A stretch of 36,224 nucleotides of DNA, taken from NCBI GenBank assembly GCA_013374505.1, contig QENJ01000001.1, positions 1-36,224 on the forward strand, read 5' to 3'. Source of the stretch: Candidatus Methanophagaceae archaeon. Lineage in GTDB: Archaea > Halobacteriota > Syntropharchaeia > Alkanophagales > Methanospirareceae. The position numbers and the translations under genes are program-made. This document shows positions 18,938 through 27,955 of the stretch, piece by piece. Position 1 is the first letter of the stretch. Each line of letters begins with the position of its first letter. The notes under the pieces are model-generated. The model had not been told where the DNA came from. It did no database searches and saw only the letters and a list, made by a program, of their open reading frames with translations.

Positions 18938-19822
18938 TTAGATAGTTAATTCATCAGTTTCGGGCGTTGTTAGACTCATGTAGAATCTACTCCACCATAT
19001 AAAGATTAAAGGTTGAATAACGATAATAGATATAGCTATGTGTAAAAACTGCCCCACATATGGTATAAAACCCAAAATAACGCTAACAGCTATGCCTATT
19101 ACAAGCGCGACAAGCCAAAGCAAAAAAACGTCTACTTTATGGTTCCTGAAAAGGTTAAAGCCTTTTTTAACGCCGCCAACTGCTCCAAGGTCGTCTATAA
19201 CAACTGAATAGCGTGGTAGAGCAAATAAAATGCTTATTATTATCATATAGATGCTCATTATCACTAAACCTATCATAAATGTCGCAAATGCCGGCAGGAA
19301 TGCTTCGGGTGTCGGTTCAGAAATTGTTGCCAAAAGTGGAAGTGCATACAATATGCCAGGGATTAGGAATACTAGGCCTACAAGTGAAATTAAACCCACG
19401 ATGAGGTCGGCAAAGAGCAAACTAATGAATTTCCTTCTACCGTAGTCTTTCATGTCGGACATATCGGTTGTGCCTGTTTGTGTCGCCACTTTCGCCATGC
19501 CGATTGCACCGGCGGTGAAGTACGCGCTTATCAGCATCACCAAAATTGCTGTGATTATGACTGCCGCTATAATTATGCCGATATGTTGAGCGAATTGCTG
19601 CGTAAGCGATAGAATAAGTTCAGGTGTGATTCCTTCTGGTTTGCTTAAGTACGGTAGCAAAGAAGGAAGCGAAGGAATTGCTACCAGTACGGCACCGCCG
19701 ATGAGTACAATTGCCACTGCGGACGTTAGTACTGCACTGAACACAAAAGGCAGGCAAATATTCAGATTCGCCTTCCACGTGTCGAACCCTTTTTGTATTA
19801 CACTACCTAGCTCTTCTACCAT
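18938..19822 (-). CDS. polytopic membrane protein, unknown function
   Basis: 294 aa with six to eight long hydrophobic segments. No family recognised. Confidence 0.5.
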   Translation of the reverse strand: MVEELGSVIQKGFDTWKANLNICLPFVFSAVLTSAVAIVLIGGAVLVAIPSLPSLLPYLSKPEGITPELILSLTQQFAQHIGIIIAAVIITAILVMLISAYFTAGAIGMAKVATQTGTTDMSDMKDYGRRKFISLLFADLIVGLISLVGLVFLIPGILYALPLLATISEPTPEAFLPAFATFMIGLVIMSIYMIIISILFALPRYSVVIDDLGAVGGVKKGFNLFRNHKVDVFLLWLVALVIGIAVSVILGFIPYVGQFLHIAISIIVIQPLIFIWWSRFYMSLTTPETDELTI

Positions 19823-20155
19823 AGTTTATACCGTTAAGAGTCAGGAGTATAAAAGGTTATCGTGTTCTCGAAGCGGTCCCACAATCACCAGACAACTTTG
19901 TCATTCTAACACCCACGCACAATTGGAGGTTTTCCATACCCAAAATGTAAAAGTGCAGCTCAAAAATAGTGGGATTGTGGGTAGCATGGAAAATAAGGGA
20001 GGAGTACCAGTCCAAACCAGGTAATCCCGCGTATTCAAGCAGGATGCTGCTAAGACGGGTGTTACAGGCATTTATTGATGCCGTTTGGTTCTCGAGAAAG
20101 ATATAAAAGCAACTCAGTTAGATGTTTTTTATCTGATAGGTTTTTGTTTATTATT

Positions 20156-23100
20156 ATGCCTGCCGACTTGTTCAATGTACGTACTGTTGAGAGGCTTTCG
20201 CGTAAAGTTAAAGTTTCTAATAAGCAGAAGAACGCAGCCAAGTTGTGGTTAATGAACCTTGATGCCGGTAAACTGACGGCCGAGCGCCATAATTATATAA
20301 AATTCGCCAATGTTGTTCTAAGGGACATTCTTGGTTATCCCGAAAGGGAGATTGAAGAATCGTTTGAAAAGGGTGGAGTTGAGTTTTTATTCACAAATGA
20401 GGAAGAACACAAAGTTGTTTGTTTTGAGTTGAAGGGAAGCGATCAGGATCTATTTTCCACACAACATAGAGTGAAGAAAGAGCAGGAGACTCCGATAAAA
20501 CAGACTTGGGATTACATGGGCAAGCACAACCTTGACTACGGAGTGACAAGCAATTTCAGGGAGTTCGTGCTGATAGACAAAAACAAAGGATATTCCAAGG
20601 TTCACAGATTCGACATCACTTCAATAAAATCCGAGCCCACAAAACTCAAGGAATTCATAGCAATATTCTCCAAGAAGAATCTCGTTGTAGATAAGTTTGC
20701 CGAGGTACTCTATAAAGAATCTATAATTGAGGAAAGAGCATTCACAAAAGAATTTTATAAGCTCTTTCATGAAACTCGCCTCATGCTATTAAAAGAATTC
20801 AGTGACCGTGGTGCTACACAGGAACAGGCGATTCATTATGCACAGATTTTTCTTAACCGATTAATGTTCGTTCTTTTCGCAGAAGATACGGGGAAGTTAC
20901 CAAGAAGACTTCCGGAAGAGATGATATTAGAAGTCCTCAAAAATAGACTCATAATAAATGAACAGTCGAATATGGTTTACGAAGCTATCATAGGACTCTA
21001 TCGTCAGCTTGATACGGGGGCTAAAACGCCAGTGGAACTATTTGGTTTCAATGGTGAACTATTCAAAGAGGAGATACCAAGAACATTTTTCTTCTATGAT
21101 ATGAGGGAAGAAAGCTATTTCAAAGACGTTTATCAGCAATCAGCGTTAAAGAAGAGTAAACAACAGGACAGTATTGAATTAAACATTTTATCAAGAGTTG
21201 GTAAGGGTATCTCACCCATAATATCCAATATCCTGCTGATGGCGTCCTTTGACTTTACGACTGAGGTAAATATCAATATTCTTGGTCACATATTCGAGCA
21301 GTCAATAACAGATATAGAAATGTTACAGGAAGGGGAAACCGCGAAACGGAAGAAGGAGGGAATCTACTACACTCCTGAGTATATAACCGACTACATCTGC
21401 CGTAACACTATCATACCGTACTTATCAAAAAATAACGTGGCAACGACAGTAGAAGAATTAATTAACGAACACAAAGATAATTTTGAGGTGTTAGAGAAGA
21501 AATTGAAAAACCTTAAGATACTTGATCCTGCCTGTGGAAGCGGTGCCTTCCTTATCAAGGCTGTTGACGTGCTATTGGAAATCCATAAAGCATTAATCGA
21601 AGCAAAAGCAGTGCAGGGTAAGTACGAGAAAAGAGTTTTGGGTAAAAGAGGGCAAGAAGAAAGATACCTTTCATTCAATAAATACTATGACGAAGACGAA
21701 GCCCGTAAAATAATAGAGGACAATATCTATGGTGTTGACATAAACGAGGAATCTGTTGAAATAACGAAACTAAGCCTTTATCTCAAGATAGCCAGGGAAA
21801 AGAAAAAACTGCTGGACTTATCGAAGAACATTAAATGCGGAAATAGTCTTATAGAGGACCCAGAAGTTGCAGGAAATAAAGCATTTAGTTGGGGAGAAAA
21901 TTTCCCTGAACTATTGAATACAGGTGGATTTGAAATCATAATTGGAAATCCGCCATACATACCTACGGAAACAATGTCTAATCAGGAAAAAAGCGAATAT
22001 CTAAAGAAATTCAATTGTCTTGAAAGAAAATACGATTCATCAATTGTCTTCATCCTAAACTCACTTAAATTACTAAAAGATACCGGATACTTGTCTTTTA
22101 TTTCCTCGGTAACTTGGCACACCGGCGAAAATTACATAAAATTTAGAAAATTTTTACTTGATCACTATGGCATTGAATACCTAATTAATCTTCCTTTTGA
22201 TGTGTTCGAAGATGCGTATGTCGATACGGGTATTTACGCTTTATCTACCAAGAAAAAACAGATAATAAAAGGTTACCAGTTTGACAAGAAGTTTAGAATA
22301 ACCAAAATAGATAAACTTGAATTCAACCAAATAAGATTAGAAGACATTAATCCGCCAGATTACAAAATTATCATCTCAAAAGGGGTCCAGTCAATTCATT
22401 CCAGGATACACAAAAAACCGATAACTGAACTTGGTGATATATCAATATCTGCTCAGGGACTCTCTGCTAGCAGATTCAAATTGTATAGCAAAAAAGAGGC
22501 ACAAACACTTCCGTTTCTGCACAAAGGGCAAGGATACCGGTATAACTTAATAAAAAATGTGATTTTGTATGCCGATGTGTCGAAACACCAGAATTTAGTC
22601 AAATTCTACAAAAAACAACCAAAAATATTCATTCGAAGAATAATTAGTAGACAGAATAGACTAATGTCCTGTTATGAAGAAGACGATCTCGTCACAAAAA
22701 AGGATTTGAATCCATTTATCATAAAGGATTCTTTATTCAACCCAAAGTTCATTTTGGCACTATTAAATAGTTCGTTGATCTCGTATCTTTATACTCAATC
22801 TTCAACAATCGCTTTGAAAGATGATTTCCGACAGACTACATTAGCTGAATTAAAAAAATTACCAATCATACAAGCCGATAGTAACACGCAAGCTATTTTA
22901 GCTTCAAAAGCAGATTCAATGCTTAAATTGAACAAAGAGTGCAATGAAAAGAAGAACAAGTTCCTTAGACGTATTTCTTCTTACTTTGGTATCGAAAAAT
23001 ATTCTAAGAAGTTAGATTCTTTCTGGATGTTCTCTTTTGATGTTTTTCAGAAAGAAGTTTATCGGCTGTCTAAGAAAAAAATGTCTTTGAAAGAGCAGGA

Positions 23101-23251
23101 TGAGTGGGAAGACTACTTCAATGATTACAAAGAAGAGTTAACTGAACTACAGCAAAAAAACGATGAAACCGATAAGGCGATAGACCAAATGGTGTATCAA
23201 CTCTATGAATTAACACCGGAGGAGATTAAGATAGTTGAAGAAGGTTTTTAG
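20156..23251 (+). CDS. type IIG/IIL single-chain restriction endonuclease-N6-adenine methyltransferase (MmeI/Eco57I-like)
   Basis: N-terminal PD-ExK-like block GGVEFLFTNEEEHKVVCFELKG...YGVTSNFREFVL. Gamma-class MTase motif I KILDPACGSGAFL and motif IV IIIGNPPYIP. Long C-terminal TRD-like region with a coiled-coil tail. The ATG at 20156 is preferred over the track's TTG at 20075. Confidence 0.8.
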   Translation: MPADLFNVRTVERLSRKVKVSNKQKNAAKLWLMNLDAGKLTAERHNYIKFANVVLRDILGYPEREIEESFEKGGVEFLFTNEEEHKVVCFELKGSDQDLFSTQHRVKKEQETPIKQTWDYMGKHNLDYGVTSNFREFVLIDKNKGYSKVHRFDITSIKSEPTKLKEFIAIFSKKNLVVDKFAEVLYKESIIEERAFTKEFYKLFHETRLMLLKEFSDRGATQEQAIHYAQIFLNRLMFVLFAEDTGKLPRRLPEEMILEVLKNRLIINEQSNMVYEAIIGLYRQLDTGAKTPVELFGFNGELFKEEIPRTFFFYDMREESYFKDVYQQSALKKSKQQDSIELNILSRVGKGISPIISNILLMASFDFTTEVNINILGHIFEQSITDIEMLQEGETAKRKKEGIYYTPEYITDYICRNTIIPYLSKNNVATTVEELINEHKDNFEVLEKKLKNLKILDPACGSGAFLIKAVDVLLEIHKALIEAKAVQGKYEKRVLGKRGQEERYLSFNKYYDEDEARKIIEDNIYGVDINEESVEITKLSLYLKIAREKKKLLDLSKNIKCGNSLIEDPEVAGNKAFSWGENFPELLNTGGFEIIIGNPPYIPTETMSNQEKSEYLKKFNCLERKYDSSIVFILNSLKLLKDTGYLSFISSVTWHTGENYIKFRKFLLDHYGIEYLINLPFDVFEDAYVDTGIYALSTKKKQIIKGYQFDKKFRITKIDKLEFNQIRLEDINPPDYKIIISKGVQSIHSRIHKKPITELGDISISAQGLSASRFKLYSKKEAQTLPFLHKGQGYRYNLIKNVILYADVSKHQNLVKFYKKQPKIFIRRIISRQNRLMSCYEEDDLVTKKDLNPFIIKDSLFNPKFILALLNSSLISYLYTQSSTIALKDDFRQTTLAELKKLPIIQADSNTQAILASKADSMLKLNKECNEKKNKFLRRISSYFGIEKYSKKLDSFWMFSFDVFQKEVYRLSKKKMSLKEQDEWEDYFNDYKEELTELQQKNDETDKAIDQMVYQLYELTPEEIKIVEEGF

Positions 23252-23310
23252 AAAGTATTTTAAATATCACAGTATTCTTAGTTTTAGTTACAGTGCCAAG
23301 GAAAAGAGCG

Positions 23311-24696
23311 ATGAAAGAAAAGGTAGAATTCTCTGCATTTTCCCCTACGGACTACCGCTATGCCGTGACTACACTAAGCGAGTTCTTATCAGAAGAAGCG
23401 TTTGTGCAGTATAAGGCCAAAGTAGAGGCTGCAATAGCCCGTGGCTTCGCGAACAAAGGCATCTTAAGTAACTACTTATGTGACGAGATATTAGAAGCAG
23501 CATCACAAGTGAATGCAGAAGCGGTCTATGACGAGGAGCAGCGCACGAAACACGACATCAGAGCGTTAGTAAATGTAATAAAGAGTAAAGTAAGCGAAGA
23601 AGCGAAACCATTCGTGCATCTCTGTGCTACTTCGTATGACGTGGTGGACACAGCAAATGCGCTCAGGTACAAAGACGCCGTGAACAAGGTTATTATACCA
23701 GATATGATCGCGTTGGAACGAGCCTGGATAGACCTGGCACGCCGAGAAAAAGACACGTTACAAATAGGTCGCACTCATGGTCAACATGCAGAACCCATCA
23801 CATTCGGATTCGCAGTTGCACAGTACGTGAACCGATGGGGTTCGCAGATATTAAAACTACGGGACACAAGCGATAACCTTCGTGGTCAGTTTTCGGGTGC
23901 TGTGGGTGCGTATAACGCAACGGCGTTGGTTTTTGACGACCCGGAGGAGTTTGAACGTGAGGTTTTGGCTATGCTTGGTCTGCAACCCGCGGCAATATCC
24001 ACGCAGATAGTACCACCGGAACCCATGTCCGATTTTATTCATTCGGTAATATGCAGTTTCTCGGTGTTAGCCAATTTCTGTGACGATATGCGGCATCTTC
24101 AACGGACTGAGATAAGCGAAGTGATGGAGCGAGTAACGGAAGGACAAGTAGGCTCGTCCACGATGCCGCACAAAAGGAACCCCATTGGTTTCGAGGGTGT
24201 TAAGAGCCTGTGGAAGAAATTCATGCCTCAAGTTGTCACTATGCACCTTGACCAGGTGTCGGAACATCAACGCGACCTGACGAATTCCGCGTCACAGAGA
24301 TACATCTCGGAGTTGCTCGTGGTTTTTGACTACTGCGTGACACGGCTGAAACGTATTTCCGAGCGGTTAGTCGTGGATCGAGCGAAGATGCGTGCGAATT
24401 TTGCCATTTCTGAGGATACTATCATCGCGGAGCCGTTATACATACTCCTGTCTTATTACGGGCATCCCGATGCGCATGAATACGTACGGAAGAAGACTCT
24501 TCAGGCTTATAACGAGCAGAAATCGTTGAAGGAACTAATCGAGGCCGAAAGCGATGAAGAGGTTCTGTCGTATATGAAGCGGTTCACGGAGGAGCAGAAA
24601 GCTAAGGCCTTTGATGCCGAGAAATATACCGGGATAGCAGCAGCGAAGGTGGATAAGGTTGCAGATTATTGGGAAGAGAAATTGGGATTGACTTGA
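23311..24696 (+). CDS. purB: adenylosuccinate lyase
   Basis: Fumarate-lyase signature GSSTMPHKRNP, plus TSYDVVDTA and GRTHGQHAEPITFG. The ATG at 23311 is preferred; the alternative is the GTG at 23293. Confidence 0.9.
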   Translation: MKEKVEFSAFSPTDYRYAVTTLSEFLSEEAFVQYKAKVEAAIARGFANKGILSNYLCDEILEAASQVNAEAVYDEEQRTKHDIRALVNVIKSKVSEEAKPFVHLCATSYDVVDTANALRYKDAVNKVIIPDMIALERAWIDLARREKDTLQIGRTHGQHAEPITFGFAVAQYVNRWGSQILKLRDTSDNLRGQFSGAVGAYNATALVFDDPEEFEREVLAMLGLQPAAISTQIVPPEPMSDFIHSVICSFSVLANFCDDMRHLQRTEISEVMERVTEGQVGSSTMPHKRNPIGFEGVKSLWKKFMPQVVTMHLDQVSEHQRDLTNSASQRYISELLVVFDYCVTRLKRISERLVVDRAKMRANFAISEDTIIAEPLYILLSYYGHPDAHEYVRKKTLQAYNEQKSLKELIEAESDEEVLSYMKRFTEEQKAKAFDAEKYTGIAAAKVDKVADYWEEKLGLT

Positions 24697-24803
24697 CAAT
24701 GTTATTTTGTCAATAAAGTTTTATTTTATGGCAAGTGCAGCACAGAGAGCTTATCATGTCTCCACATGAAAACTCAATCATTCACTCGAAAAAGAAAGGA
24801 GCG

Positions 24804-25880
24804 TCACTTATCCAACTCTTGAAGTATCTCATGGAACTTATCTTCACCAATTTCCTCTTTTATTACTGCTAAATTCTTTATTGTTAGTTCAAGGTAAGGA
24901 GACTCAAGCACTTTGAAAATTAACGCAGCATTGGCCAATGCCGATATGGCTTCGTGATATTTCTCTTGCCTATGCTTTATTTGTCCTATCTGTCCTAATG
25001 TTGAAGCAATACCTGACTTGTCGCCAATCTCTTCTTCGATTTTTAAGCTTTTTGTGTAGTTCTCTAATGCTTTTTCGTATTCCCCTTTATCTTGATGAAT
25101 CACACCAATCTCATGAAGTGTTTGAGCTATACCACGCTTTTCGCCAATCTCTTCTTCGATTTTTAAGCTTTTTGTGTAGTTCTCTAATGCTTTTTCATAT
25201 TCCCCTTTAACGGAATGAATCATTCCAATCTGATGCAGCGTTGCAGCAATACCTGACTTGTCGCCAATCTCTTCTTTGATTTTTAAGCTTTTTGTGTAGT
25301 TCTTCAATGCTTTTTCGTATTCCCCTTTATCTTGATGAATCATTCCAATCTGATGCAGCGCTGCAGCAATACCAGACTCGTCGCCAAACTCTTCTTCGAT
25401 TTTTAAGCTTTTTGTGTAGTTCTCTAATGCTTTTTCGTATTCCCCTTTAACTTGATGAATCATTCCAATCTGATGCAGCGTTACAGCAATACCTGACTTG
25501 TTGCCAATCTCTTCTTTGATTTTTAAGCTTTTTGTGTAGTTCTCTAATGCTTTTTCGTATTCCCCTTTAACGAAATTAATATTTCCAATATTATGCAGCG
25601 TTGCAGCAATATCTGACTTGTCGCCAATCTCTTCTTTGATTTTTAAGCTTTTTGTGTAGTTCTCTAATGCTTTTTCGTATTCCCCTTTAACGAAATTAAT
25701 ATTTCCAATACGATGTAGCGCGACTGCTTCATTTCTCCTATTCCCTTTTTCTCTGAAGTATTCATAGAATTCTTTCTGGATATTTAACGCATCATCAAGC
25801 CTACCCCATATTTCACAAACTCTTGCAATGTTTCCACGCTGTATGCTTAGACCTTTCCTCATCTCCAAGCTCCTTTGCAT
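24804..25880 (-). CDS. TPR-repeat array (probably the C-terminal sensor part of the upstream STAND NTPase)
   Basis: Eight 40-aa TPR units, six of them near-identical (GEYEKALENYTKSLKIKEEIGDKSGIAATLHQIGMIHQVK). The reading frame is open only from 25883, and the ORF overlaps the upstream ORF by 68 nt in the +1 frame. Confidence 0.8.
   Translation of the reverse strand: MQRSLEMRKGLSIQRGNIARVCEIWGRLDDALNIQKEFYEYFREKGNRRNEAVALHRIGNINFVKGEYEKALENYTKSLKIKEEIGDKSDIAATLHNIGNINFVKGEYEKALENYTKSLKIKEEIGNKSGIAVTLHQIGMIHQVKGEYEKALENYTKSLKIEEEFGDESGIAAALHQIGMIHQDKGEYEKALKNYTKSLKIKEEIGDKSGIAATLHQIGMIHSVKGEYEKALENYTKSLKIEEEIGEKRGIAQTLHEIGVIHQDKGEYEKALENYTKSLKIEEEIGDKSGIASTLGQIGQIKHRQEKYHEAISALANAALIFKVLESPYLELTIKNLAVIKEEIGEDKFHEILQELDK
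24966..25725. repeat. six tandem 120-bp coding repeats plus a partial seventh
   Basis: The motif tcgccaatctcttcttcgatttttaagctttttgtgtagttctctaatgctttttcgtattcccctt recurs at 25021, 25141, 25261, 25381, 25501 and 25621. Spacing is exactly 120 bp and only a few substitutions are present. Confidence 0.9.
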
Positions 25881-27279
25881 CTTCTATTGCCCTCAAATAA
25901 CATGTCTCTGCAGTATCTAACGAACCGGTATCAAAGGAAAAAATAGCAAGTGCAACATTGTGAGAATAAGACTGCTTGTGTAGTCCTGCATGGTGAAAAT
26001 GATATGCACATCCAAGACCTATCACAAAATCCACTTTTTCCCTTTTTTCTATCGCAATTTTATAACGCTCTTCAAAAAATATGGCGGCATATTCGTGATA
26101 AATCTTCCTGAGTTCGTCCCCCAAGTTCTCATCCCTTACATATTCCTGCATTAATTCATGCTTAAACCATCTTTCTTTATCTCCAGAAAATATCTGTGCT
26201 CGTATTAATCTTCTAATGTGGTTGTCGCACTCTTCTTTTGTAAACTCATCTTCTTTTACAAGTCTTGTGTATCCTTCAAGCGTTAAAGGCTGGAGCAGAA
26301 CCGAAAGCTTACGAGCAAATACTTGTGTATTATCCTCCACCTTATCCAGCCTCTTTTCATAAAAATTGAATAAACTCTTTTTCTTTCCTCCTTTTAACTC
26401 ATCCAAATTTAAATCCTCTGATTGTGAAATCCACTCGTTTAAAACAACAGGGAATCCACCTGATTCTCTTCTTATTTTCCTTAGTTCGGGTTTTAAAAAT
26501 TCCACACCCCTTTCTCTGCGAATCCATTCGCCAATTTCATCCTCTGAAAGCCCATTTAGTTCTGCGATTTTACAGCCCTCATATCCCAACTCGGATTCAA
26601 TCTCTTCATAATGCCTGGCTTCTGCACCTATTTTAAAAGAGGCAATCACATAGACACCTTTTGGCAATCCTCTAACAACACTCAAGAAAAGATCTATTGA
26701 ACTTTTTGTAGCACGCTCAAATTGGTCAATCATCAAAACAATCTTCTTGTTTGTCTTTTGCACCAGAGCACCTAACAAATCCAAATAGAAGTCTGTGAAT
26801 TCTTGTTTATGCTGTGCTATTGTTTCTTCCGCAAGTTCAATAGCCGAGACTGTTTTCGTTTCTTTCCATATCAGTCCTAAAAACTTTAAGGTCGCATCAA
26901 GTTTTAAATCCTTTGACACATCCTTTAACAACGCCTTGACAAATCCGCTTTTTCTTCTCTTTAATACCTCTTCTATGGCATCATCGATATGCTTAAAAGT
27001 AGTTGTTCCTTCTGATTTATCCCTCTCCTCTATTCTGGATAGTAAATCAGCCAAAACCTCCACAAATGGTGTATGTGTCGCTACCACTCCAGGCAATTTA
27101 TAAAACCCGATAATGACATCCTCCTTTGGCTTTACACGATTAGAAAGTTCTTTCATTAAAAGTGTTTTCCCTATTCCAATTTCACCGATAACAATGAAAA
27201 CGCCTTCTTCTTTAGCAGTCAAGAAATTATCAAAATCATTCAGTTCCTTTTCTCTTCCTACAAAGTTAATCGTTGGCAT
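25813..27279 (-). CDS. STAND/AAA-type P-loop NTPase (archaeal-ATPase PF01637-like), no N-terminal effector domain
   Basis: Walker A IGEIGIGKTLLMKEL lies about 30 aa from the N-terminus and Walker B is KKIVLMIDQFERA. A helical/TPR-like C-terminal part (CYLRAIEDAKELGDEE) continues the register of the downstream TPR ORF. Confidence 0.75.
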   Translation of the reverse strand: MPTINFVGREKELNDFDNFLTAKEEGVFIVIGEIGIGKTLLMKELSNRVKPKEDVIIGFYKLPGVVATHTPFVEVLADLLSRIEERDKSEGTTTFKHIDDAIEEVLKRRKSGFVKALLKDVSKDLKLDATLKFLGLIWKETKTVSAIELAEETIAQHKQEFTDFYLDLLGALVQKTNKKIVLMIDQFERATKSSIDLFLSVVRGLPKGVYVIASFKIGAEARHYEEIESELGYEGCKIAELNGLSEDEIGEWIRRERGVEFLKPELRKIRRESGGFPVVLNEWISQSEDLNLDELKGGKKKSLFNFYEKRLDKVEDNTQVFARKLSVLLQPLTLEGYTRLVKEDEFTKEECDNHIRRLIRAQIFSGDKERWFKHELMQEYVRDENLGDELRKIYHEYAAIFFEERYKIAIEKREKVDFVIGLGCAYHFHHAGLHKQSYSHNVALAIFSFDTGSLDTAETCYLRAIEDAKELGDEERSKHTAWKHCKSL

Positions 27280-27297
27280 TTTGTTTCTGGCTGTACA

Positions 27298-27882
27298 CTA
27301 TTCAGATTTTGTTGTTAGTATACATTGTCCTAGAAAATCTTTCGAGAGAATTATACCGCCATCAAAGCTATCAGCTAATCTTTTCGATACATTTTCTTGG
27401 AAATATGCTCCGACAATTCGCTTTCCTGTAAAATCCTTTATTGATTTTACCAAATCAACATAATCACCGTCCCCTCCTAAAAGAACAGCAATTTCGTAAT
27501 GATTTAAAAATGCTTTAGTTATCATATCGACTGCTAAAAGGACATCAACACCTTTTTGGCGATATCTACCATCTTTAGTTTTTATTAATCTTCCAAGTTT
27601 AACTTCATAATCATTGTTCTCTTGTATACGTTCAAAATAGCTATTCTGTTCGTCATATTTTGTATCTTTGTGATCCACGATAGCATCATAATAATAGACT
27701 CTAATTAATTCTGGTTGTATAGGCCCACCCATAGTGGACCAATCAAGGAGGAGAGGTAAAAATGCAAAATCTATATTATAATGACCGAAAACTTTCTTTA
27801 TTCCTTCTCTAAGATATCCACCATCTATGAATATCATTGATGGGCGATATGCTGGAGTTGAACCGGAACCAATTACCGCCAT
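27298..27882 (-). CDS. NYN/LabA-like (PIN-fold) predicted ribonuclease
   Basis: MIFIDGGYL, QKGVDVLLAVDMI and AVLLGGDGDYVDLV correspond to the conserved acidic motifs of NYN/LabA domains. The stop lies 18 nt upstream of the STAND start codon. Confidence 0.75.
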   Translation of the reverse strand: MAVIGSGSTPAYRPSMIFIDGGYLREGIKKVFGHYNIDFAFLPLLLDWSTMGGPIQPELIRVYYYDAIVDHKDTKYDEQNSYFERIQENNDYEVKLGRLIKTKDGRYRQKGVDVLLAVDMITKAFLNHYEIAVLLGGDGDYVDLVKSIKDFTGKRIVGAYFQENVSKRLADSFDGGIILSKDFLGQCILTTKSE

Positions 27883-27955
27883 TTTTATTTCCCTCTTTAT
27901 TCTATTTTATCTTTATAGTGTAAATACCTATAAGTTTGACTTTGTTAACTACAAT

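Noticed and set aside
19878-19981. 9-bp inverted repeat CCCACAATC ... GATTGTGGG, 86 bp apart, in the divergent region between the membrane-protein gene and the type IIG gene
   Set aside because: It is too short and isolated to call a MITE, an att site or an operator. It could be an operator but nothing else supports that.
19626-20024. 132-aa plus-strand ORF
   Set aside because: Its first half is antisense to the membrane-protein gene and the remainder is promoter region. No RBS and no family resemblance.
20075-20155. TTG-initiated 27-codon N-terminal extension of the type IIG enzyme
   Set aside because: The extension (MMPFGSRERYKSNSVRCFLSDRFLFII) has no counterpart in the family pattern. 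An ATG at 20156 follows an AT-rich promoter-like stretch.
24966-25725. Regular 120-bp repeats considered as a possible CRISPR-like array
   Set aside because: The repeats are contiguous with no unique spacers, lie in frame within a long ORF, and encode TPR units.
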